Assembly (NCBI GenBank): GCA_000004985.1
Contig: GG738870.1
From: Naegleria gruberi
Lineage: Eukaryota
Reading direction: 5' to 3' (one strand)
DNA: 64,000 nucleotides
In this document: positions 1 through 10,668 of the stretch, in pieces
Position numbering within the stretch: the first letter of the stretch is position 1
How the letters are laid out: each line of letters opens with the position of its first letter
Made by a program: the position numbers and the translations under genes
Notes under the pieces: model-generated
Databases searched by the model: none
Seen by the model: only the letters and a program-made list of their open reading frames with translations
What the model was told of the DNA's origin: nothing

Positions 1-740
1 TTATCAGCATTTGGCAACATTTCAATTAATTGTCTAATCCTAGCATTTGAAAGGCCATAATATTCAGGACCAGATACTGTACATGTCTTTGAATTTTTCT
101 TTCTTGACTCATTTACTTTCTTAATTACGAGTGACCATACCCCACTAGGTGTTGATGATGTAAATGAATTGTCGTCATCAGCTGGTGTAATTTTAAAAGT
201 TGGTCCTTCTTCACCTCCATCTAAAATTTCACAAATATAAACAGTCTTATCCCCTGGATTTTTGTAAGACATGTAGTTTTTCTCTGCCTTATATCCAATT
301 GGGAATATGTATCTATCATTGTGATAATTTTCATTTTCAAATTCAATTTTACCAAGAGCAACAACTTGTGACGTTCCGAATTTTACAGGAAGTTGATCTT
401 CAGCTGGAATATTAGGATCTATTTCAACTATTTTCCTTGATCTTCTTCGCTTACGTTGTGTTTTTTCCTCTTCAATATCTTCCTCATCCGACATTTCTTG
501 CTCATCTTCAGGTTCATCTTTACTTGATGATGGTTCTGCAAGTTTAACAGTCACTTTAACAACTTTTTCCTTTGTTTTTTTCTTTGGTGTTTTCTTTTTC
601 CTAGTGGAACCTTTTTTCCTTTTTCTTTTCTCCTTTGAAGAATCATAATCACTACCATCATCACCATCAGCTATTTTAAGAGAATATTCTTCTTCATCCT
701 CTAAATATTCTTCCTTGTTACTATCACTATCCTCGGCCAT
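1..740 (-). CDS. FYR-domain (FYRN/FYRC-like) protein, 3' end cut by the window edge
   Basis: ATG at 740..738 on the minus strand opens a frame that runs to position 1 with no stop. N-terminal acidic/K-rich region. C-terminal part reads ...YIFPIGYKAEKNYMSY...GVWSLVIKK...SGPEYYGLSNARIRQLIEMLP, which resembles FYRN/FYRC motifs. The ORF track has no entry here, presumably because the frame leaves the window without a stop. Confidence 0.5.
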   Translation of the reverse strand, partial: MAEDSDSNKEEYLEDEEEYSLKIADGDDGSDYDSSKEKRKRKKGSTRKKKTPKKKTKEKVVKVTVKLAEPSSSKDEPEDEQEMSDEEDIEEEKTQRKRRRSRKIVEIDPNIPAEDQLPVKFGTSQVVALGKIEFENENYHNDRYIFPIGYKAEKNYMSYKNPGDKTVYICEILDGGEEGPTFKITPADDDNSFTSSTPSGVWSLVIKKVNESRKKNSKTCTVSGPEYYGLSNARIRQLIEMLPNAD

Positions 741-1241
741 AATTAAATAGAGTGATCAAAAATTAATAATCTTTAATATTTAAAATACTATGAGCAACCC
801 TTTTTGCGGAGTTTATTGTTGAAATATACTACTACTATTAATATTTAATGTTAATGTATGTATAATACAACAACAAAAATCAATGATGGTTGTCCAATAT
901 ATTCTTCAGCAATAAAAGCTTGCAATTTTTTTACTCTAATTTTATTTAAAAATTTACTCGTTGCATTTCTTCTTGCGCGAGGAAATAAATTTTGTATTCA
1001 TCTTTTACTTGTTTATTTCTTGTCTTGTTGATGTTTAATATTATTACTTTGCAATGTTTTACAATATTGTTAATGTTGATATGATGTCCAATTTTCCGGT
1101 GTTTGCCATATTATGTGTGAGATGATTTGGAAAAAAACCATTCTTGATGATTTTAAAAAAAATTAAAGAACAATTCGTGTTTCTTTCTCTCGCTAATTTA
1201 CATTTAAATTTGTTGTCAATGAGTTACAACAATAACAACAG

Positions 1242-3538
1242 ATGGATGTTTACGATGAGGAACTTATAGAGGAGGAAGATGATTCCGAACTTTTGGAGTC
1301 AAAGGAATCTAGTGGGATTATGAACAAATTGATGAAAATTAGAAAGAAATTAAGACAATATTATAAAAACGTAAAGAATATTCCGAGTATTGTCATTTAT
1401 ATTTTACATGCACTTTCTAGTAGAGAGTTATTTCTTAAATTTTGTGGAGAAATTTGGGATCATTTGAAAAACACACCAGTTGTTGTTTTTTATGGATATT
1501 TATGGAAAACAAAGAAAGTACAATTCTTCATGAATTTATTTGTTAGTTATGGACTTCCAATTTTATTAGAATCTCTTCCTTGGTATTTCTCTAGAAGAAA
1601 AATTGGTAGAAATTTAAGAACTCAGAAAAATACAATTACAAATACCATGATTGATAGAAAATCATTTAATTGGGATTCATCAAAATCATATATTTTCCTT
1701 ACTGTACTATATACTCTTTTGGAAAATATTGAAAGACATTTGAATTATAAAGTTACAGTAATGAATAGACTCTATGTAAAGAGATTGGTTTTAGAAAAGA
1801 TTTTATATAGTGAGGTTTGGGCATTTTCTGAATTCCAAGGAAGAGAATTGGAATATAGAATTTCTACTGAAATTCATAATACTTTGAGACTTTTCAGTTT
1901 TGTGGTACCAAACATTTTATCATCACTCTATGCTATTATGAGAGAAAGTATTGAACTCTATGATGGAAGAGCAAAACTTGATTGGTTATTAATTGCTAGA
2001 CCAATTGCATCAATGATAACTTGGAGAATTATAGATTGGACAAAGACTCAAATGACAGGAAAGAGAGTAAGTTTCAAAAAACGCATTTCAATTCTAATCT
2101 AATTTTAAATAGAAAGTTTTAGCTAATCTCCAAAGTAATCAAAGCGTAGCAGTTTTATTTGATCAAATAACTGAAGGATTAACTGAAATTCAATTGAACA
2201 ATATTCAACAAAAGAAATTAATAGAGTATGATAATATTGTTCAAAGTGAATTTGGAGTATTTGAAGATTTGAGATTATTTTTCAATCGTTTATATAGTTC
2301 TTTTACAAATAGAAGCGTATTTGATTTTCTATCAGAAACATTTGTTGCATCAATGATAATGGAAAAGAAAGATTTAAATTATGAACAATATAGAAAATTA
2401 CAAATAGACATTGATCACTTGGTGTAAGTTTTTAATTAATGATGTGCTTACTAATTAAATTAGAAAATTGGTAAGAAGAACAGGAACCTATGTCTTGCAA
2501 GCAACCAGAAGTGTTGAAAGACAAACAAGAGTTGTAAAATTAATGAAACTTCCAAACTTCCAAGATGAGATTAATGATGAGTCATTGATAAAGGTGGATG
2601 ACTTTAATGATATTACACTACACAATATCACATTCTCTTACCAAAAGGGTGGTAAAAAACCATATGCTTTGAATTTCTCTGGAAAAATTACAGTATGTAT
2701 CATTTTGAATATTTATTTCAAGTTAATACTTCCATTACAGTTTGAGAAAAATTCAATTTATGCTATTATTGGACAAAACAGAAGTGGAAAGAGTACTCTT
2801 GTTAATTTAATTACCAAGCTATATGCCCCACAAGAAGGAACAATGACATTCAATAATATTCCATACAAGATGATTAATAGAAATTCAATTAGAGAGATAG
2901 TTTACTATGTAGCCCAAAAAGCTTATGTTTTTCCTGGTACAATCAAAGATAATATTTGTGTTGGTATCGATTATATTCCAACAGATAAGGAAATTATTAG
3001 AGCTGCAAAGTATGCTGGTGTATTTACATTTGATGAGGCATCTATCAATTCCAATGGATTTACGACAACAACAGTTGAATCTAATCCTGTTGCAATACTT
3101 CCTAATGAAAAGACAATAGATGAGCTTTTACTTGCTGATCAGCCAAAGAAAAAACTCTCCAAAAAGAAAGTTAAGAAAATATTAGAAATGAAAACAGAAT
3201 CTAGAGGAAGTAATCTTAGTGGTGGCTTTGCACAATCTGTGGCATTGGCAAGAATTTATCTGCAAAAGAGGGCCAAAATTATTATTCTAGATGAAAGTAC
3301 AAGTGCTATGGATCCAATTAAGAAGAGAGATGTTATTTTCCCAAATTTATTCAAGCATATTAGAAAAAATCAATTAACCCTCCTAATGATTTCACACGAT
3401 ATGACCTATCTTGATCAAGTAGATAAGATTGTACTTCTTTCAAATGGTAAAATTGCTGGACAAGGATCTCATCAAGAATTGGTGGAACAAAACAATGAGA
3501 CCTATCTCAAAATGCTTGGACTTTCATCAAAATTGTGA
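1242..3538 (+). CDS. ABC transporter, B-type half-transporter with reduced membrane domain plus nucleotide-binding domain
   Basis: ATG at 1242. Walker A GQNRSGKSTL, signature LSGGFAQ (degenerate LSGGQ), Walker B IIILDEST and H-loop MISHD are all present. Introns at 2067..2112 (GTAAGT..TAG) and 2424..2463 (GTAAGT..TAG) join the three ORF-track pieces in frame. A further in-frame 48-nt GTATGT..TTACAG element at 2693..2740 is probably a third intron. Confidence 0.85.
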
Positions 3539-3849
3539 ATTTGGTTACAAAAGAGAAAACGAAATTTTACGTGATTTTCCAATCTAAAAATATCACCAAA
3601 TAATTACTAAGTGGAAGATCAAAATCTTGTTGAAATCCACAACATTATTGTTGAATATCTCTTCTTATCCATGGATCAAATAAAGATAATACAACTTCTT
3701 GGATGATATGGAATGAAAATACTTCTAAAGACAAGTAGAAGTGGATTACAATTAAAATTTCCTGCGAACATAAGATTTTGTTTTGGCGCGTTATTGAATA
3801 AATTCCTCACAAAAGTGGTAAATTTCTTAGGCTCATAATTTGAAAAAAA

Positions 3850-4929
3850 ATGTTCGAACATATGCCTACGCAATGCTATAACTTGCCTAAACTACAGGCT
3901 CCGCTTACCATAACAGTAATTCCTTCTCACTCACTGAAGAGGAAGAAGGAAGATGAAGAAGAAATTGACGATCATGACGAAAATAATTCTCTTATAATTA
4001 CTCCTTGCATACAAAGACAATCACGATATTCAACAGGAGTTTATTCATCTCCAACAAAAATACATTATCCATCACATCAAACCGACTGTACAATAATACC
4101 AACACATTCATCTCAAATACCAACAACAGAAGAAGGACAGCCTAAAAAATTAAAACAATATCATGAACAAACTAACGAATGCTCTACAACAGTTGCTAGT
4201 AGTAGTTTAATTATGAATTCACCATTTCAATTATTTTACAAGCCACAATTAACCGATCCATGGTTTTCAAAATTTAATATGGAAGAATGTGTTATGAATT
4301 TTAATAGATATGTAGATGACATGCATGATGTTAATGTGATCAAAATGAGTCCGCAAGAATATTTTAATTGTTGTTATGATTTTAGTTCATCTTTCAATGG
4401 ATCAGGTTTACTAAGGTTATATAGAGATCTTGGTTTCAAATCTTTCTTTGATTATAGATATTTCATATTTGTATTCTTATTTAATTTCAATACTAAACTT
4501 TCCATATCAAGAAGTGAATGGACATTTGGAATGTTCAATTTACAATGTGATAATGTACAGAAACTCAGATATCAAATTGATAAAGTTGCAGAAGAATCTA
4601 AAACATGGAACAATGATCAAATGAAGAATTTGTTCACTGTTACATTTAAAATATTGAGAGAATCTGAAAAGAGTAGATCAATTGATGCAACTGTAGCAGG
4701 ATATGCTTTGAAAGTATTAATGACAGGTAGAAGTCCTTTCACAGAATCATTTTCTAATTTTTTAATTTCATCAAATAATCCAATTAGATCAATTAATTTA
4801 GATCAATGGAAAATATTTGTTGATTTTTCATCTAATATTTCTGCCAACCTTTCAAATTATGATTCTAATGATGCTTGGCCATCACTTTATGATAATTATT
4901 TGAGTTGTTCATTCGGATTAAAATATTAA
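3850..4929 (+). CDS. DCN1-like protein (defective in cullin neddylation, PONY domain)
   Basis: The C-terminal 200 aa align to the DCUN1D PONY domain. Examples are ...LFTVTFKILRES...LDQWKIFVDFSSNISANLSNYDSNDAWPSLYDNYL against KDFYQFTFNFAK...[37 protein letters not shown]. ATG at 3850; continuous ORF. Confidence 0.75.
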   Translation: MFEHMPTQCYNLPKLQAPLTITVIPSHSLKRKKEDEEEIDDHDENNSLIITPCIQRQSRYSTGVYSSPTKIHYPSHQTDCTIIPTHSSQIPTTEEGQPKKLKQYHEQTNECSTTVASSSLIMNSPFQLFYKPQLTDPWFSKFNMEECVMNFNRYVDDMHDVNVIKMSPQEYFNCCYDFSSSFNGSGLLRLYRDLGFKSFFDYRYFIFVFLFNFNTKLSISRSEWTFGMFNLQCDNVQKLRYQIDKVAEESKTWNNDQMKNLFTVTFKILRESEKSRSIDATVAGYALKVLMTGRSPFTESFSNFLISSNNPIRSINLDQWKIFVDFSSNISANLSNYDSNDAWPSLYDNYLSCSFGLKY

Positions 4930-4952
4930 ATATATTCTTATTTATTTACAAA

Positions 4953-5915
4953 TCAGTCTTTATTACTCTTTTTAGATGATTTTTCATCTTCTTCCTGTTC
5001 TTTCTTTTTCCTTTCTTCTTCCTCTTGTTGTCTTGCTCTTTCTTCTCTCATCTTTCTCACTCTCTCCCATTTTTCATCAGCAAGCCTCTTTTCCTCGTCC
5101 TCAAATTCTTTTTCTTCCTTTTCAATTCTTGAACATAAGGTTTCTAAATCCTTTTCAATTTGGCTACTGAGCCAATCCAATCCTTTCACTATATGTTCGT
5201 CAGTCTTATTCTTCGTCAATTCTCTTTTAGCAATACATGGCAAAATGTTGAAACTGGAAACATATTCGGTCAACTCGTGTAATTGTAATCGTTCTGAAAT
5301 TTCTGAAGGCTCTAATGAATTCGGTAAATCTTGCTTATTTGCCAATCTAATTGAAATGTTAACTAAATTTTTAAATAATAGTCAAACATACAATAGGAGA
5401 GGTTTTCCTTTAAAGTATGGATGCTTTATACTGTCCACAAGTGTTTGACGAGACTCTTCCAATCTTTTTTCATCTGCAGAATCAATAACGAAAATAGCTC
5501 CGTGAATCTAATTAGATATTTGTATTCAAATCATCACCAATGAAATTAAACTTACTGATGGAAAATAATTTGGCCAAATGGCTCTAATATTTGCACCACC
5601 TCCAACATCAAAATATGTAATTTCATAATGTTCATGTTTCAACACTTCTCTGTTGAATCCAACAGTTGGCATTGGTTTAAAATCCGCATGTCCCTTAAGA
5701 GAGGCTAAGAATGTTGATTTACCAGCATTATCTATTTTGTATTTACAATTTTAATCCAATAATTAAATTGATGATAATTAAAAATACAATTGATTAGACC
5801 TTCAGAATTCTAATTTCTTCTTCTACTCACCCAAACCAATAAGCATCACCGTTATTTTCAACTCATCCTTCTTCTTCTTCCCGAATCCGAATAAATTCTT
5901 AAAGAGTGATAACAT
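4953..5915 (-). CDS. ARL13: ARL13-type small GTPase (ARL13B orthologue with C-terminal coiled-coil tail)
   Basis: Four exons on the minus strand: 5831..5915, 5556..5731, 5392..5507 and 4953..5346. Introns are 5732..5830, 5508..5555 and 5347..5391. The spliced protein reads MLSLFKNLFGFGKKKK...GLDNAGKST...PTVGFN...DVGGGANIRAIWPNYF...VIDSADEKRL...LANKQDLP...GLDWL... followed by an E/R/K coiled coil. Switch II carries GGG instead of DxGGQ, the ARL13 hallmark, and the protein is collinear with human ARL13B including the C-terminal REER-rich coil. Confidence 0.8.
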
Positions 5916-6205
5916 TTTTTGTTTGATTTGATATTTTTAAAAATTCTCGATAACTATAAAACAATGAAACCACTCTCTGATTATACAGTGTACTTCTTTC
6001 AACAAACATTTCAATCTGTAAATATTTTGGCGCGAAATTTTAATTCGCATAAATTTTGCAGAGCACTACAAATGTATTACACATTGAAGTTTGTTGTAGT
6101 ATTGTGAAAAAATATAAACATTGCATGTTATCTTGAATTTCTAAAATGTTAACTGTAGTTCAAATATACAAAATAAGAAACTGCCATAATTGTAAAAAAA
6201 AAAGA

Positions 6206-7279
6206 ATGAAAAATTCACAACGATTTTTAAACCTTCTTTTATTGTTCACTCTTTTCTTTATTGGATTTATCATCATATCTAAGGCATCTATCAACACAGT
6301 CTCTTTCGGATCCTTCGCATGTGATGATTCAACCTCAACCACTCGATGCACGTCTGCCTCATTAGAAATTGTCAATAATGCTTCCTCCAATTCATTTGAT
6401 TCTCTTTCCTATTCATCTTATGATAATAATGGAGAGAAGATTGATTTGGGAACCACTCTTAAATTTGACACAAAAATCATCTCATCTAGGGCAAGAGTTT
6501 TCTTTGCCAAAGACAATCAAATCATTTACAACAAGTATGAATTGTTTGAGCCAAGTATTTCATGTGCAGTGAATCCGATGAATAAGTGTTTTGAAGCTAA
6601 ACGAGTATTGTGCTGTTTGAATGGCAAGAGGGGAACAGGAGTATTTTGTCTGAAGGAAGAAGAGCCCTCTTCATACACTGGATTAAGGAGAGCCTACCAG
6701 GTCTATAGAATGGTTGGAAAGAAGTACATTTACAAAGTCACTATGAAGATTTCTCAAAATGGTCGTAGTAGGGATTTCACTTTTAGTGAAGATAACACCA
6801 TTGTTTCAACCTCAAATGTTCAGGCATCGATTTTTTATCAACATCAAACTGAACAACAAACTATCTTTTCAAATTTACAAACAATTTCAGATAATTATGT
6901 GCTTATGAGAATGATGCATCTTGGAACTGCTTCAGGTTATAATCAAATTCAACCAAGTGAAGTGTTGCTAGTAGAGAAATTGTCAAACTTTTTAACAAAT
7001 CAGTATTCCTATTATGTTAAGGCAACATGTAATACTGAATTTGGTCAAGCAACTCAAACCCATACTAATTCAGAAAACAAAGATGATCAATTCTATAATT
7101 CGGAAAATCTGTACGGTATTAAGAATGTTCTGAATCAAAAATTTGAGATTCCTAAGGTAGATACTACAAGTTTTGGAAATACAGTTGGAGATGAGTCTGG
7201 AGTAGATTATTTTGAGTTTGACATTAATACGCCATCTATTTCATTGAATTTATTAATTAATAATATATACGATATATAA
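6206..7279 (+). CDS. secreted or cell-surface protein of unknown function (signal peptide, Cys-containing N-terminal region)
   Basis: ATG at 6206. The N-terminus MKNSQRFLNLLLLFTLFFIGFIIISKA is a signal peptide. A 357-aa continuous ORF with no recognisable domain. Confidence 0.45.
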   Translation: MKNSQRFLNLLLLFTLFFIGFIIISKASINTVSFGSFACDDSTSTTRCTSASLEIVNNASSNSFDSLSYSSYDNNGEKIDLGTTLKFDTKIISSRARVFFAKDNQIIYNKYELFEPSISCAVNPMNKCFEAKRVLCCLNGKRGTGVFCLKEEEPSSYTGLRRAYQVYRMVGKKYIYKVTMKISQNGRSRDFTFSEDNTIVSTSNVQASIFYQHQTEQQTIFSNLQTISDNYVLMRMMHLGTASGYNQIQPSEVLLVEKLSNFLTNQYSYYVKATCNTEFGQATQTHTNSENKDDQFYNSENLYGIKNVLNQKFEIPKVDTTSFGNTVGDESGVDYFEFDINTPSISLNLLINNIYDI

Positions 7280-7331
7280 TTATTTCAAACTATTCCAAGG
7301 AAATGTAAATAATTGTAAAATTGAGTAATAC

Positions 7332-8261
7332 TTACGCAACATAGTTTCTACGTGGCTTTGTAATTATAAATTCAAATAAAAGACCTCCTAAAGCACCTCC
7401 AATGAATGGTGCTGTATAATAAACCCATGAATTTGAGTACCATGTCCATGACAATATTTGAGGACCTAAGGCACGGGCTGGATTCATACAAGCATTAATT
7501 AAGGATCCTGCTCCTATTGATAATGCCACTGGAGCAGCTGCAACAACTGAACTGATTGGTTCCAATCCTGTTTCTTGACTCAAATGTTGTGATTTTATCA
7601 ACGATCCAAATATAGAAATAACAACAAAAAATCCTGTCACAATTTCTAAGGCAAACACTCTAAAAGCATCCCCAATATCTTCTGGAGGCTGAAACACAGC
7701 AGGTTGAGCTAATAAATTTAATGATATATCACTGTAATAGAACTATCATCACACTTACTTGTTTTAGTAACTAGTAAACAAAAACTTGCACCAATAATTC
7801 CACCAATTAATTGCATTACTATGTACAAAATTCCGGAAAGTATTCCAACATTTCTCGTTATCATGGTTGCAAAAGTTATAATCGGATTGAAATGTGCTCC
7901 ACTAACTATTAATTGTCAATAAACTATTTTACTATTATTATGAGAAACTACATACTTGGTGCAAATATATGGAAGCAGGCTAATTGAGCAAATAATTGAC
8001 TTAGCGATGATTGAAACAATTCTCCCGAAGATAATGATGCAGCAGTTGTTCCAACAAATATATACTATTTATCATCACACAAATAATTTTAATTTCATCA
8101 TCATATAAATCCACATACCAAAGATGTTCCTACCAACTCTGCTATCAGTGATCTCCATTTAACATTAATATCTGGATGACTCCTCAGTTCTCTACATTCC
8201 GCGCAATTAGAGTCATCACTTTTAAAGTTTCATCTACCTACCTCGAATTAATCGACAACAT
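7332..8261 (-). CDS. aquaporin (MIP family), five exons
   Basis: Exons on the minus strand: 8242..8261, 8119..8191, 7956..8064, 7759..7905 and 7332..7708. Introns are 8192..8241, 8065..8118, 7906..7955 and 7709..7758; donors are GTAGGT, GTATGT, GTATGT and GTAAGT. The protein contains SGAHFNPIIT (first NPA box) and NPARALGP (second NPA box). The N-terminus ...RSLIAELVGTSLYIFVGTTAAS is MIP-like. All frames were checked across the junctions. Confidence 0.8.
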
Positions 8262-8742
8262 TTTTCCCTACAATTTACGTTCCTATTTTTTTCAAATTTT
8301 GTTTGTGGATATTTCTAACGATATTTTGGTCTCAACTTGCAGCAAGCTAGCACCTTGCTAGGATTCGACCCTTTGATAACAATGTTATTGGTCCACTTCA
8401 TTGAGGATTTATCGGAGAAAAGTGGTCCATTCATTTAGTAAAATTTCAAAATTTGAAAATCTTTGCCTGATCAGTTCAAAGTTAATTCATTTTAAAATCT
8501 AAAGAGAATTTCTCAAATTTAAAGAAGTCTTTATTAAAATTTAAAAAGACGAAACAATTCAACAGTAATTCTTTAAATTAAATTGGTAAGAAAATTAATT
8601 ACCAAAACATCAACAATTCAATAAATTTACTCTCAAATCAGCATGATAAAACATTAAAAAAGCCAAATAAAGAATTTCAAAAACTAGATTGAATATTTAT
8701 TAATAATTCAATAAACAATGTAAAAATTGAAGAGTGAAAAAA

Positions 8743-10557
8743 ATGCCTCTCAACCTCAACTTTTTGCAGGATTCATCATCGGATGAAGAGGAGGACATGA
8801 ACATTGTCTCGAAAAATCAAAAACCACGTGATTTTATTAGTTTTGATGATAGTGATGACGATAATGATGACGGAGAGGATGTAAAAATTGTGGAAAAGGA
8901 AGAGAAAGTAGTTGAAAAAGAACCAGAACAACAAAAAGAGGAAGAAAAAGTAGCAGAGAACGTTGATAACAAGATTGCTCAAGTCACAAAGACTAGAGAC
9001 AATATTTTGTCATTATTCTCTAGTGCTCAATCTCAATGGTCTCATCACTATAACATTGATATGGCTTTGCAACAGAAAATTGATGGAAAACCAATTTTAT
9101 CAAATTCCATGAAGGAAAGGCTTGCTGCTATTAAAAGTAAAAAGAAGGAAATTAATGGTAATATAACAATTAACAAAGAAGTCACACCTACAACTGTTGC
9201 CACTAATAGTAGTACAACTAGTAGTGGTACATTGGAAACAAATGAAGAAGAGAAGGTAATTGATGAAAAACCAAAGTATATTGAACCAGAAAGTCCATCA
9301 GTGGTTGTTGATAATGATGATGTTATTGAAATTAAAGAGAATAATGAAGAGGAAAGTACAGAAGGATTCATCAAAATTGATGATACCATTTCTAACCACC
9401 AATATAACTATGAAGCTCATAATGCCTATGCTAAATATCAAACAACAATTCCATGGCAAACTCAAGATTATTCTTCATATCCTCCTCCTTTACGTCTTCA
9501 TTATGAATTAATTGACTTTTATAATTTTGTAAAACAAACAAAAGAAGAAGAACTTGTTAGAGAACGTGTATTGGAAAAGGTTATGAGATTATGTAAAAAT
9601 GTGGATCCTAACTGTAGAATCCAAATGTTTGGTAGTTATCCTGCTGGATTAATGTTACCTGGTAGTGATTTGGATTTACATGTACTTTCAAGATCACTCT
9701 CTCAAAAAGTATTTTTGGAAAAGTTGAACAGAGAATTGAACAAATCAACAGAATTTGTTGAAATTAATTTCATTAGAAATGCAAATGTACCAATTATCAA
9801 GTTTAAGGAAGCAATTTCACTTCAAGAAGTTGATGTATCTTGCAATAATGCTGATACAGATTCAAGTGTAGAATTTATTAGAAGAAGTAGTGAAAAGTAT
9901 CCTGCCTTTAAATATTTATGTTACTTTTTGAAATATTTCTTAAAACAAAGAAATTTAAATATGGTTCTTTATGGAGGACTTTCTAGTTATGGATTAAGTT
10001 TGATGATTGTTAGTCATTTACAAATGCATACAAGTAACTCTAGTATTGAAGAAAGAGATGTTACTTCACTAGGCACCTTACTTTTGGACTTTTTCGCACT
10101 CTATGGAAGATATTTCAATTATTATTTCGCTGCAATTAGTCCAAGTCACGAAGGTAAATATTTACCATACCAAATGAAAATCAGATCAGGTTATTCATCC
10201 TCTCTCAAATTCACACCAAACATTATTGATCCAACTAATCCATCTAACAATGTATCAAAGGGTTCTAGTGCTTTACTTTCAATTAGAAACTCATTTAGTA
10301 ATGCCTTCGATGCATTAATTTCTCCAACTAATATCAATAAGGAATCTTTATTATCAACTATTTTGCGAGTTAGCCCAGATTTGTGTTGGAGAAGGATTTA
10401 CATTCATCAAGATCAATCCTTCTTAATCACTTGTAAACAATTTGCCAAATATTTCAATTCTTACATCACCAATGATGAGGAAGATAACAAATATAGCAAT
10501 AGTAAGAAACGTCAATATAAGGGAACATTTACACAATCGAAGAAAAAGAAATTTTAA
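8743..10557 (+). CDS. non-canonical poly(A)/poly(U) polymerase (Cid1/Trf4/TUTase family nucleotidyltransferase with PAP-associated domain)
   Basis: ATG at 8743. Acidic, Ser-rich N-terminus. Catalytic motif MFGSYPAGLMLPGSDLDLHV (GS...DxD). A PAP-associated region ...LGTLLLDFFALYGRYFNY lies downstream. Single exon. Confidence 0.75.
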   Translation: MPLNLNFLQDSSSDEEEDMNIVSKNQKPRDFISFDDSDDDNDDGEDVKIVEKEEKVVEKEPEQQKEEEKVAENVDNKIAQVTKTRDNILSLFSSAQSQWSHHYNIDMALQQKIDGKPILSNSMKERLAAIKSKKKEINGNITINKEVTPTTVATNSSTTSSGTLETNEEEKVIDEKPKYIEPESPSVVVDNDDVIEIKENNEEESTEGFIKIDDTISNHQYNYEAHNAYAKYQTTIPWQTQDYSSYPPPLRLHYELIDFYNFVKQTKEEELVRERVLEKVMRLCKNVDPNCRIQMFGSYPAGLMLPGSDLDLHVLSRSLSQKVFLEKLNRELNKSTEFVEINFIRNANVPIIKFKEAISLQEVDVSCNNADTDSSVEFIRRSSEKYPAFKYLCYFLKYFLKQRNLNMVLYGGLSSYGLSLMIVSHLQMHTSNSSIEERDVTSLGTLLLDFFALYGRYFNYYFAAISPSHEGKYLPYQMKIRSGYSSSLKFTPNIIDPTNPSNNVSKGSSALLSIRNSFSNAFDALISPTNINKESLLSTILRVSPDLCWRRIYIHQDQSFLITCKQFAKYFNSYITNDEEDNKYSNSKKRQYKGTFTQSKKKKF

Positions 10558-10668
10558 TAAATTTCATTATTTCAATATTTATTCTTAAATATAAGATGAA
10601 TAAGAACATGGTGATAATTCATTAATGAATTTCAAATAATGTGAACTCCCTAGATCTAGAACTACAAT

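Noticed and set aside
3676-3873. 65-aa minus-strand ORF overlapping the DCN1-like start
   Set aside because: It overlaps the 5' end of a supported gene on the opposite strand, is short and shows no homology. Probably spurious.
8158-8160. ATG at 8160 (MEITDSRVGRNIFG) as the aquaporin start
   Set aside because: That frame is incompatible with downstream splicing. The frame shifted by one nucleotide gives the MIP-like ...RSLIAELVGTSL and is reached from a 20-nt first exon at 8242..8261 through a GTAGGT intron.
8776-9389. Minus-strand ORFs (68 aa and 113 aa) inside the nucleotidyltransferase gene
   Set aside because: They are antisense to a well-supported coding exon and are low-complexity hydrophobic or Ser-rich translations typical of antisense AT-rich codons.
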